Source of the DNA: Amoeboradix gromovi X-113
Taxonomy: Eukaryota; Fungi; Sanchytriomycota
Reading direction: 5' to 3'
NCBI GenBank assembly: GCA_018985225.1
Contig: JADGIF010000154.1
Coordinates: 1 to 16,689, forward strand
DNA: 16,689 nucleotides
Made by a program: the position numbers and the translations under genes. The notes beneath the pieces were generated by a model that saw only the letters and a list, made by a program, of their open reading frames with translations, was not told the origin of the DNA and did not search any database. Positions 1 through 9,201 of this stretch are shown piece after piece; the stretch's first letter is position 1; every line of letters begins with the position of its first letter.

Positions 1-249
1 GAACGTCTGGAAAAGTTATGCAGTTATATAAAAATTCTCGATAAATAATTCATTTTACAAAATTCAGTAGCTGTCACTAGGAGCTACAAACAATATCTTC
101 CAAAACATCTGTGTAATGGTTTTCAATGCAAGGAAATTCGTTACTGTGTCATTTAAAAGACATTCAAGAGCCGTTTGATATTTAGCTATCTTTCTCAAAA
201 GAGATCGTCTTATTTATGAGATTCTCATCTTAATAACAAAGGGAATATT

Positions 250-760
250 GAGCGACCGTTAGTTACCTTGCCTTGATACATCTTTAGCGCCAAAATTATT
301 AGAGACGTTTGATGCTGTTGCCTCAATTTCAAGGTAAAAAGTATCGAGCCCACTTGGAACAAACATTATCAAGAAGCATCTCAAAGATAATGGATGCTTG
401 CCCATAAACTATCTGTTTCGCATTAAGACGTTGAACCGGTGATTGTTAAAGTGTGACTGTCTTGGTTTGAACTCAACAAGCAATTAAAGTCGGAAGAGTT
501 CAGATGATATTAATGCAATCTAACTCACTCTACCTCGCAAACATAACAAGGTATACGAATTTATCATCATCAAATATCACCTAGTGTATTAGCCAACATT
601 CACAACAAGTCTAATGCCGGGAACTTATCGAGTGCAGCAGCCATAAAATGGCCACAGTTCCCAAATCTCATTCAAAGGGTAGCAAAATAAACCCAGATAT
701 TTGCACAAAGGTCTCTTAGGATATAGAATTGATACTGCTTGCACACGAGTACGTTCCTAA
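250..760 (+). pseudogene. Highly degraded hAT-like DDE transposase relic
   Basis: Broken frames give KIMDACP*TICFAL/D-x-*-TG at ~385-440, resembling the first catalytic hhhhDxWT motif. LIECSSHK at ~624-647 resembles the hAT CxxH motif, and ACTRVRS at ~736-757 resembles TRWxS. The motifs are in the correct order, but there are many stops and frameshifts and the limits are approximate. Confidence 0.4.
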
Positions 761-1230
761 GGAGCTGTGTTATTGATTAACTTTTCTACAAACACTGAAA
801 CGATAGTTTAGCTGAGTTTGTATTAGCAGGGACAGTACATCGCACCGTCGAAGATGAATATTATGAGGAAAGTGACCTGCTGTACCCATATCTAAATTTT
901 ATCTGGCTGTTTCCATGACGCTTTGGTAGCATATCTATCTAATTCCAAAGGGTTATAGAGACAATGTACCAATTTTATGTCATTGAGGGTCCGCCTATAA
1001 AAGCTAAAAGACCTGATTGGGATAAAGGAGATGGGCATTCCATTGCCGAATCTGAGGATATAGAATAGGGATGTCTCTGCGATAATATTCAGTGTAGTTT
1101 CTAAAGTGAGTGTACTAAATGCTACACCAAATCCTATTCTCAGATATTAATGATCCTGATGTACAATATTTATGTCTGGTGTGAAACCTGAAAGCATATA
1201 AATTGGGATGCTACAGATAAAATAAAACAG

Positions 1231-2325
1231 ATGTTATTTACAACTTTAATCAGTGCATCAAACTGCGACTACGGCGTTGAATTGACAGCAGACTCTAGAT
1301 TGCTAAGATACTTAAAATCGAAAGCGCTGAGCAAATTCGTTGTAACAATTAGACAAGAAGGGAACAAGTATAAGGAAGTGGAAGGTAATACCATTATGGA
1401 TGTTTCTCCGGGACAGTCTATCTTCTTTACCCAAACTGTTGCTGCTGACAGAACTAAAATTATCAATCAGTGCAGGGAATTTGAATCTTTTGAGTGGATA
1501 GTAAACGGAAAGTCATGTGGTAAAAAGGATTCTATCAAAGGAAAAGATGGAAAACTAACAGCTACATGGGACAAATGTGACAAGATCGAAGTACCGGCGG
1601 ATTTTGAAAAGGAAAAATCAACTAAAACTGCTCCGAAAGAAGTAGCAATTGAAGACGTGCCAGGTGATGCAGATATGGCCATTAAAGCTGAAGAAGATGA
1701 AGATATGGCCATTAAAGCTGAAGAAGATGAAGATATGGCCATTAAAGCTGAAGAAGATGAAACTATTGAAGAAGGTGATGGGGAAGTTCTCACAGACAAG
1801 CACACTAAGTCAAGCAACCTTAAAACAGAATCATCAGCTGACGAGGACCCTACGGTAGCAGATGCCGATAAAGAAGAGGGAAACAAAGACCCAAATGATA
1901 ATACCACAATGAGGCGAGTTCTAACGGCAAACTCACTAGCTAATGACAATTCATTAACTGGAGAAGATGAAATGAACTTCAAAGACCCAGAAAACTTTGG
2001 CAGTAGCGACCCACACTCTTATTCTACTAAAAAAAGAGTTTATAGTGATGAAGAAGATAGCACTATTCCACCTCCTCCAGCTATTGGAGATTCTTCACCA
2101 ATGATTGCACCACCAATTGGAGATTCTTCACCAATGATTGCACCACCAATTGGAGGTTCTTCACCAATGATTTCACCGCCAATTGGAGATTCCTACCCTA
2201 ATGGCGATGTGAATTCGGCAGAGTATCGTCCATTTTCTTCTGATTATGGAAGAAACTACGGTGCCCAAGAATACCATGCATATGCATCTCCATTAAGAAG
2301 TGTCGATTATGGATACAAATATTAA
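1231..2325 (+). CDS. Putative secreted acidic/Pro-rich repeat protein (364 aa)
   Basis: Intact ORF with a short hydrophobic N-terminus (MLFTTLISA) and a Cys-containing N-terminal domain. It has in-frame tandem repeats, dibasic RR/KKR sites and a Tyr-rich tail. AATAAA overlaps the stop. Confidence 0.75.
   Translation: MLFTTLISASNCDYGVELTADSRLLRYLKSKALSKFVVTIRQEGNKYKEVEGNTIMDVSPGQSIFFTQTVAADRTKIINQCREFESFEWIVNGKSCGKKDSIKGKDGKLTATWDKCDKIEVPADFEKEKSTKTAPKEVAIEDVPGDADMAIKAEEDEDMAIKAEEDEDMAIKAEEDETIEEGDGEVLTDKHTKSSNLKTESSADEDPTVADADKEEGNKDPNDNTTMRRVLTANSLANDNSLTGEDEMNFKDPENFGSSDPHSYSTKKRVYSDEEDSTIPPPPAIGDSSPMIAPPIGDSSPMIAPPIGGSSPMISPPIGDSYPNGDVNSAEYRPFSSDYGRNYGAQEYHAYASPLRSVDYGYKY
1671..1760 (+). 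repeat. 3 perfect 30-bp coding tandem repeats (DMAIKAEEDE)
   Basis: AGATATGGCCATTAAAGCTGAAGAAGATGA at 1671, 1701 and 1731. Confidence 0.97.
2083..2192 (+). repeat. 3.3 copies of a 33-bp coding tandem repeat (IGDSSPMIAPP)
   Basis: ATTGGAGATTCTTCACCAATGATTGCACCACCA at 2083 and 2116, a variant at 2149 and a partial copy at 2182. Confidence 0.95.
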
Positions 2326-2582
2326 TAAAATTTTTATTTATTATTCATTCTTTTGTAATTGAATTTCCAAATCCTTCCATAATTTACCTTTATTTGCATT
2401 ATCAAATATGGAATCTAGAACGCCATTACCTGTTGATTCCAGCAAGAATGCACCTCCGATTATCGTGGCTACAAATATTGAATTTTGTTTGAAGAGTCTT
2501 TGAAGCATATGGGGCTAAATTCTGCACTACGTAAATCAAGAATAAACAAGTACTTTATGTGTAAATAGATGGCGTAATCATA

Positions 2583-2655
2583 GCGCTTGTGGCCAAATGG
2601 CTAAGGCACCGGACTTCTAATCCGGGGATTCTGGGTTCGAGTCCCAGCAAGCGTG
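2583..2655 (+). tRNA. tRNA-Arg (anticodon TCT), intronless
   Basis: Acceptor stem GCGCTTG/CAAGCGT; anticodon arm CCGGA-CTTCTAA-TCCGG with TCT at 2616-2618; T arm CTGGG-TTCGAGT-CCCAG. The gene is 73 nt with no encoded CCA. Confidence 0.96.
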
Positions 2656-2664
2656 ATAAATCTG

Positions 2665-2669
2665 TTTTT
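2665..2669 (+). terminator. RNA polymerase III terminator (T5) of the tRNA
   Basis: TTTTT about 10 nt downstream of the discriminator base. Confidence 0.7.
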
Positions 2670-2690
2670 AATCAATTTAATAACCTAAAA

Positions 2691-3788
2691 CTATTTATTA
2701 ACTAGATGTACTTGACATGATTGCACATTCAGCTGCTCACGATATACTTTTTGAAACTCCATAATTTGATTTGGTAATCCGCTGAAATATATGTTTTTGA
2801 TTTGGTAATTCTGAACTGTAGCATTTAGCATTGAAAATTGTGTATTTTCCAAATTGTGAAGGTGTATGCTCTGTAGTTTTAACGACTTGATAAATGGAAA
2901 AGGCAAATAAATGCTACCAAAACAGTTTAGATTTTTAAATCTCTCAAAATCAGCAAGTTCCAATGAGTTAATTCCAGGAACAATTACCAATTTTTCGATG
3001 TTATCAGAATTAAGAGCATCAAATATCATCCTAGTTTGTTCATTACGAGCCCCAATAATCTTGCAACTTACGTCTTCAAGTAAATGTGCTAATAACAATG
3101 ACTTTGCTACAGATCGAGAATCTACTGGAGAGAAAGTAATGTCTAGCTTGACTAATAGCTTCAAATGACCTTTTAGACTGTTCAAGACATTCACGTTGTC
3201 AGTATGTAAAATTTTAGCGGAGCCCGTAATTTGTTGAGTTTTGAACAGTTCATCTAAATCGGGGCAATCCTGCCAGGTTAATGATTCCTTGGAAAATCTA
3301 AGTGTCTCTGGTTCTTTTATACTCAATACCTGCACGTTTGCAATTTCGAATGTTGTCAAATGCACCGATTCCAACAAAACCTTAAAATTTGGATATTCAA
3401 TAGAGACGCTGTACAGTCCAAGATGAGTTAAGTGTTTAAACCTGTTAATAATATTCATTTCCAAAATGTCATTCATCTCTCCACTGTTCTTTCCAAATAG
3501 TAAAATCTCTTTTACTTCTAAGGATACGCTTTCAATGTATTTGCTTGGCCCGCAGTATAACTGCAACTTAGATTTGCAAATTAACTCTAGAATTTGCTTC
3601 TGCAACGAATCAATCAAATTTAATGGGCTTAAAGTTACTACCAAAAATTTCAATTGTTTGGTGTCAATTGGCAATTTTATATCTGTCGTATGCACAATGT
3701 ACAATTGGCTTGGACTCGCTTGCTTCTTAACTTCAGATGAAAAGAGTGAAATGAATCCATTTAAATCTAGTTCAAATAGACTTGCCAT
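2691..3788 (-). CDS. Hypothetical protein with degenerate leucine-rich-repeat-like segments (365 aa)
   Basis: Long intact ORF with an ATG start. LxxLxL-type segments include FKHLTHLGLYSVSI, NIEKLVI, LKLQSIHLHNL and QIKNIYFSGL. The LRR call is tentative. Confidence 0.6.
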   Translation of the reverse strand: MASLFELDLNGFISLFSSEVKKQASPSQLYIVHTTDIKLPIDTKQLKFLVVTLSPLNLIDSLQKQILELICKSKLQLYCGPSKYIESVSLEVKEILLFGKNSGEMNDILEMNIINRFKHLTHLGLYSVSIEYPNFKVLLESVHLTTFEIANVQVLSIKEPETLRFSKESLTWQDCPDLDELFKTQQITGSAKILHTDNVNVLNSLKGHLKLLVKLDITFSPVDSRSVAKSLLLAHLLEDVSCKIIGARNEQTRMIFDALNSDNIEKLVIVPGINSLELADFERFKNLNCFGSIYLPFPFIKSLKLQSIHLHNLENTQFSMLNATVQNYQIKNIYFSGLPNQIMEFQKVYREQLNVQSCQVHLVNK

Positions 3789-4322
3789 TTAAAGCCAACA
3801 AAGGGAAGCCTAAACGTGAAACATTTTATAGGTACTAATTTTATTAGAATTGCCTAATAGCCCTGGAAGTTTAAGGAAGTGATAGGCCATTAAGTCTCTA
3901 AATTACTGTGCCCATTGAAAAATAGTTCTCGAAAAATTATCTTGGTAACTAGTGGTAGAATATAATGCACAATGCAGATGGTCAATACACTTTTATGTAA
4001 TCAACTGGTAAACTTTTCGCCTGCAAGTATCTCGCTGGCAATGATTTTATCACCAGCTCTTGGAAACTCAGTCAAGCCGCTCATACTAAAATCCATCAAG
4101 GGTGAATATCGTAATAAAACTTGCGCTACAGGTCACCCATTAAAATGCAAAAAATGGGGTCACAGATCAAAGAGATATTCCCATGTATTCTGATACCAAC
4201 CTTTAGCAAAACACTCTAAAACGGTATTACCACCAATGTTTTCCACTTTCAACTGTGGGACTCTTCAAGGGTTTCACATGACCTAGGCGCCCAAATTAAA
4301 AACATGGTTTTATGGAGGAAAC

Positions 4323-5207
4323 ATGGATTCCGTTGACTTTAATCCGTACTACGATGCTATCCACAAACCCTACTTTGCCTTAGAGAATTTTCTCATGCAA
4401 TTGATTCCATTCCGTCTAAATATCTCATTTATGGGGAGAAGCAACCATTCAAAGCATTTCCCATTTATGCAAATAGAGGTAGTATTGTTTTTCACTGCAA
4501 TATATTTAGTTGTTTGTTTAATAGGAAAGTATAGAACCAGTAGGTATGATCATCCTTTTTTCAAATTCCTGGTTAATGTTTATAACGCCTGTTTAGTTGC
4601 TTTGAGTGCGTTCATGGTGGTGACGGTTCTTATAGAGTCTTCTAGACTAGGATATACGTGGTTCAACAACCCAGTTGATGAATCCCCAAAAACGCTGCCA
4701 TTAGCAAAGGCACTGAGTATTTTTTATTTGAGCAAATTTCCAGAGTTACTGGACACTGTAATCATGGCAATTAAAGGTAACACTCGTCAAATATCATTTC
4801 TTCATATTTATCATCACACTAGTATCATCTTCTTTTGGTACTGCATTATTTATGCTACACCCTACAGTGAGTGTTATTTTGCGGCATTCCAAAACTCATT
4901 TATTCATACATTGATGTATTCCTATTACTTGCTAACAAGTATGAGAGCTGGTTTGTTTTTGACTAGACGCTTGAAGAAGTATATGACTCAATTGCAAATG
5001 GGTCAATTTGTCTTGAACTGTATTCAAACGTTTGTAAATGTTTACATGTATTATAACGGCAAGTCAAATGGATATCCACTGGTACAGAATTTCTTATTGT
5101 TTGGGTACATGGTGTCATTATTAATTCTCTTTGGAAACTTCTACTTTAGGGATCGAAAAAGAGAAGCCACTGATGAAGGGGTTCATTTGAAGAAGAAGCA
5201 GCAGTAA
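4323..5207 (+). CDS. ELO: Fatty-acid elongase, GNS1/SUR4/ELO family
   Basis: Motifs SKFPELLDT, QISFLHIYHH (His box), NSFIHTLMYSYY and MTQLQMGQF, several transmembrane segments, and a C-terminal KKKQQ ER-retrieval signal. Confidence 0.95.
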   Translation: MDSVDFNPYYDAIHKPYFALENFLMQLIPFRLNISFMGRSNHSKHFPFMQIEVVLFFTAIYLVVCLIGKYRTSRYDHPFFKFLVNVYNACLVALSAFMVVTVLIESSRLGYTWFNNPVDESPKTLPLAKALSIFYLSKFPELLDTVIMAIKGNTRQISFLHIYHHTSIIFFWYCIIYATPYSECYFAAFQNSFIHTLMYSYYLLTSMRAGLFLTRRLKKYMTQLQMGQFVLNCIQTFVNVYMYYNGKSNGYPLVQNFLLFGYMVSLLILFGNFYFRDRKREATDEGVHLKKKQQ

Positions 5208-5272
5208 TTGATCAATGTTAATAAATCAAATTACAAAAAACAAATGTTCTCTGATATTTGAAAGTAAGATAT

Positions 5273-5659
5273 TTATTCCTTGTCTACTGTAGCAACAGAT
5301 GGATTAGTAACATATAAGCCATATTGAGCACACTTGTCAACAATTAATCTTTTTTTTCTTTGAGAAACTTTCGCTTTGATTTCGATTGCGTAAGTTAAAG
5401 GATCCATCAAATATTTCTGTACATCTGCTTCATTTTCAACCCAAACCTTGTATAGCCCATTTGGTAATAAATGCTTGTTGTGAGTACCATAACCGATAGA
5501 TGGCATAGGGATACAACCTTTAAATCTTCTTCGTACACAACTGTCAATACCATTTGGCTTTCTCCAGCTGGTTTTCACACGGTCATATCTATCGGAATGA
5601 TGTCTTTTAAACTGCTTTGATCTTTTCTGTTTAGACTGCTTGAGCAATGCTTTGGCCAT
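5273..5659 (-). CDS. RPL32: 60S ribosomal protein L32 (eL32)
   Basis: KR..FKRHHSDRY.RVK.SWRKPNGIDS.VRRRFKG...MPSIGYG and ..LLPNG signature; 128 aa. Confidence 0.97.
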   Translation of the reverse strand: MAKALLKQSKQKRSKQFKRHHSDRYDRVKTSWRKPNGIDSCVRRRFKGCIPMPSIGYGTHNKHLLPNGLYKVWVENEADVQKYLMDPLTYAIEIKAKVSQRKKRLIVDKCAQYGLYVTNPSVATVDKE

Positions 5660-6764
5660 CTCTTAAGAAAGAGGAGATTTATGAAATACTTCAAAAATAC
5701 ACGTGGAAAGTTATGAAACAAAATACCTATTTTAATACGCTTATATGAGACAAAAGTTGAGACCGAGTCCCAACTTCAAATGACTCCGTCAAGCCTTTCT
5801 CGTTATAATAGCCGTTTAAACTCTTTGCTAGCAATTCGGTTTTTCATGCGCAATCAAACAACTAGGCAGAGCATCCCTACTAGATTGCACTATTATTATT
5901 CCGATCAAAGACTTTGGTTGCGTTGGCCATTATGACATAAAACTCTTTTCTCCAATTTTCACATGTCAGAAACAAGACAGTACCTGGAAATTTTGGAAAA
6001 CAGCTTCTATTTTGGTACTGCTGCGTGCCTGCTAACAGGAGTCTTGGAGTTGTCTTTTCAGTAAGTAAGACCCATTCTGATAAATGTCATCATTTCCAAG
6101 CAAAAGGAACACCTAGAAACCCGATATCTCCATGTCATCAGATACGAAAATTTATCAGGAATAAGAAGGGATATATTGTGAACAAGACGGTATTACAAAC
6201 ATCAAGACAGAGTATGAAAATGTATCGGTTGATATATTGCAACATATGCTCAAGTGCTAATCAGCCAAGCTGTTTTGAAAGAGATATTACTAGTGCATAT
6301 TCGTATTGAGAGAAGACTTATGGCATATTATGGTACTGACGCATCCTTCCAGAGGTTCTCCTGCTTAAAGCGGGGGGCATTTTCTGAAATTGGGTCCTAG
6401 ATGACTTGTCTATTCAGTAAGTGGTTACCTTTCTCTTCAAATGGTTAAGGCAAATATAGGACCATATACTCGCTATTTATGGTTCACTCAGGATGATCAT
6501 ATCAGGCTTAAAAAATAAAATAATTTGTTAAACGCCATTTTCTATAACTCTTATTCAAAAACATTCTAATAAACTCTTATTCTTATTTATTGTGAATCTT
6601 GTTCCAATTCAAGATAGAACCTTTTCTGTTTTCTTAAGGTTTGTCCTATGAAATTGTGTTAAGTAGAAAGAGCGACCCGAAATCAATTTGGCAATTTAGA
6701 TGAACTTACTCGTGACTTTTTGATACCGATGCATTACGACGTTTAGCATACCGTTTGATACAGA

Positions 6765-7370
6765 ATGTTAGTCCTACTTTCTCTATTTTTAAGTGCTACT
6801 AGCAAGAGTTCAAGAAGCTTAGCTAGTAAACAGTCTACCCTGTCTGATATTTCCAATGAATGTCTATCCGCTCTGAATCTTTTTACAAAGTGCCAAACTA
6901 CCTCAACCTTGGACTATAAAAGAACTCACCCGAACGCTTCAATTAGCATCATAAACAGTACCCCTATCTACTGTCCGATTTGCAACGATCAGTATGCTGC
7001 AGTTGGGCAGATCTGCGATACTGAGATCTCAAATGGAAATCCAACTATTTTTATGCAGTATTTCACTTGCTACTCTATCAATGACAAGTATTGCATGAAC
7101 GAGTTTGAGTCTATAGACAATGGAACTGTGAATTACAGCCAATTCGACTGCACTAATTCATGCCATAAATGGTTGGCAGACTATTACAACAAATTCAATA
7201 ACACTGAATCTACCACAAGTATTACTCAAGACGTAATAGATGCAGGATGGACTACTGAGAATATCAAGAGTTGTTTAAAGCGAATTGTTGCAAATAACGA
7301 TAACGGATCAAGCGTTTTAGCAGTATCCACAATCAACTTAGTTCTTGTCGCACTGTTCACCGTCAAATAA
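6765..7370 (+). CDS. Cys-rich secreted, probably GPI-anchored surface protein (201 aa)
   Basis: Signal-like N-terminus MLVLLSLFLS and 10 Cys. Several N-x-S/T sites, and small residues (NGSS) followed by a hydrophobic C-terminal tail. Confidence 0.75.
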   Translation: MLVLLSLFLSATSKSSRSLASKQSTLSDISNECLSALNLFTKCQTTSTLDYKRTHPNASISIINSTPIYCPICNDQYAAVGQICDTEISNGNPTIFMQYFTCYSINDKYCMNEFESIDNGTVNYSQFDCTNSCHKWLADYYNKFNNTESTTSITQDVIDAGWTTENIKSCLKRIVANNDNGSSVLAVSTINLVLVALFTVK

Positions 7371-7439
7371 ATTATGTAATTTCAAAACAAGCGTGATAAT
7401 TAGTGGCACCCAAATCATGACCTCATCTTGCTTTTAAAA

Positions 7440-7640
7440 CCTGTTGTGACACATTCACTCATTTTCAATCTTGGTTTCTATGAAAATCTAGAGTTTCACC
7501 AGGACGCTGGCAGTTCCAATTGTGCAGTCATATCATTTACCAGTACCATGCGGAGTGCTGCAGCCATAAATCTGATTTAGACGCAATTTGCAGCTTGACT
7601 ATTTTGTAGAATAAATCATTTATCGCGAATTAGTATGCAT
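7440..7640 (+). pseudogene. Short degraded hAT-like transposase relic
   Basis: Frameshifted ENLEFHQDAGSSNCAV / LPVP / ECCSHKSDL resembles the hAT second-D region plus the CxxH motif. Nucleotides 7553-7570 match 630-647 at 17/18. Confidence 0.4.
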
Positions 7641-7790
7641 TTTTGTATAATTTCAAGACTTTTCCAGATTTTTCAAATACCTTAAATATTCGATATTCTT
7701 CCTTTTCACAAGTGGTAAATCAATTCTAAAGAAACAACTAACAGGTACAGCATACATTCGTCTCAGACTGATAAGCTGGTCTAAACACGG

Positions 7791-8040
7791 AAATTCGATG
7801 CCATGTACAGTATGTGGCACTCTAAAGAAAACCAATTTGGAGAACTATTCATGTACATAGTGTCGTTTGGAAGTCGACATGGACCACATGGCACCAAGGA
7901 ACAAATTCGATGCCATGTAAGAGGTATGGTACTTTAAAGAAAACCAGCTTAGAAACATACACATGTACAAATTGTCATTTTAAGATAGATAGAGACCATA
8001 TGGCTGTAAGGAACATATACATCAAGTATCTGCATCCTTA
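7791..8040 (+). pseudogene. TnpB/Fanzor C-terminal fragment (Zn ribbon + RuvC-III), tandemly duplicated
   Basis: Copy 1 (7791-7902) reads SMPCTVCGTLKKTNLENYSCT*CRLEVDMDHMAPRN. Copy 2 (7903-8014+) reads SMPCKRYGTLKKTSLETYTCTNCHFKIDRDHMAVRNIYIKYL. Both match the TnpB/Fanzor pattern SxxCxxCG...CxxC...DRDxNAxxNI. Confidence 0.75.
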
Positions 8041-8392
8041 TTCAATCCCGCCTCAGGGTAGTGAAAGCGTAAGCAATCACTGTAACGGTGCATCTAGCAT
8101 TGCTAGTTTCTCTGCGGAAATTCTCGATTTTCTCGGAAATCAGGACTTTTAACGAGGAGTAAACAAACATGCAATATCAATCAGCGTTGTATTACCATCA
8201 ATGGTTTGCAAACATATTTTACTGCAAAAAATCGTAGTTGCGAGTGTCCCTATCTGTAACCAAATGCCGCTGAAATCGCAGCCAATGCATGAAGTTTAAT
8301 TTATAGCTAGTAATATGGCTTAAATAATGATTAGCTGGCTATTTTATAAAATCTTCAAGTGTTTATTGTTCAACGTTGCGAAAGGATAATAT

Positions 8393-8674
8393 TTACTCAA
8401 AATTGAGTTGCCTCATCATATCAAGACGCTCCTTCCACTCATTAGCAGATACTTCAGTAAAGGAGTAACAAATTTCCGACTTTTTAACAGTCAGAACGCA
8501 GTCTTTGATTGTCATTTGGAATCCTTTATCAACAGTTATAGTGTCCAACAATTCTAACGATAGAGGAAGACTTTTATCCGCTATTGCTTGTTTGGAAACC
8601 GATTGTGACGTGCCCTTATGAAGGCTAAATAATGAGCCGTGTGATCCTACTTTACTTGAGCTTCTCAATGCCAA
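8393..8674 (-). CDS. Possible 3' fragment of a host gene (no ATG start)
   Basis: Open frame with only a TTG start; it stays open about 18 more codons upstream without an ATG. The C-terminus YSFTEVSANEWKERL is vaguely like the terminal helix of a PH domain. Confidence 0.25.
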   Translation of the reverse strand: MALRSSSKVGSHGSLFSLHKGTSQSVSKQAIADKSLPLSLELLDTITVDKGFQMTIKDCVLTVKKSEICYSFTEVSANEWKERLDMMRQLNFE

Positions 8675-8942
8675 ACGCTCGCTTTCCTTAGTTAGTTTAA
8701 AATACTGCGGGATTAGAGATGACAGGTCTCAAAGGAATAGATAAAACGTGCCTTGAAATGCGACTTAATCATTAGCATAGGTCAAACATGCATGTATCAA
8801 GTGCTAGAGGTGCAAATGTGCAACGTGTCGATGATGAAACCATAATGGTTAAACATTACTCAGATGTACATGTGCAAGTATGAAAGGTGTAAAGGTGGAA
8901 TGAAACTCTTTTTTTTCAACTTCAAATTTTCAAGCATCTATA

Positions 8943-8988
8943 CATATGCAATGATATTTTCTAGAAAAATTAATTAATTAATTCAAAG
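8943..8988 (+). repeat. Left terminal inverted repeat core
   Basis: CATATGCAATGATATTTTCTAGAAAAATTAATTAATTAATTCAAAG matches the reverse complement of 16588-16632 at 41 of 46 columns. Confidence 0.9.
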
Positions 8989-9150
8989 GTGCAAAGGTGA
9001 AAGGTACATAGGTTCAAAGATGAAAGATGCAAAGGTACAAGATGAAAAATCAAAGGTGCAAAGTTTAAAAGGTGCTGGGTATAAGATGAAGGGTGCAAAG
9101 GTACAACTGTGAAAGATCAAGATACAAATGTGAAACATAAGGTCAAGGTG
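8984..9150 (+). repeat. Left subterminal array of degenerate 7-8-bp repeats (CAAAGGTG / AAAGGTAC / AAAGATG)
   Basis: Directly visible purine-rich periodic array. Confidence 0.9.
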
Positions 9151-9201
9151 GGCAAAAAGTATCTGAATCAGAAAGAATTTCGAGCAGATGTCTATTCAAA
9201 T

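Noticed and set aside
1269-1982. Short overlapping ORFs (also those inside 2691-3788, 10858-11465, 11707-11955, 12249-13402, 14047-14355, 14979-15257 and 15756-16118)
   Set aside because: They are shadow frames of longer motif-bearing genes.
1671-2192. 30- and 33-bp repeats as a CRISPR array
   Set aside because: There are no spacers, the repeats are in-frame coding tandem repeats, and the context is eukaryotic.
5700-6500. ORF 6025-6309 and the surrounding coding-like sequence; likewise ORF 3972-4193
   Set aside because: Short, with no recognisable motif. They may be decayed genes but cannot be supported.
8930-8945. Target-site duplication around the TIR cores
   Set aside because: The flanks TCTATA and GGACAC do not match; no TSD can be identified within the window.
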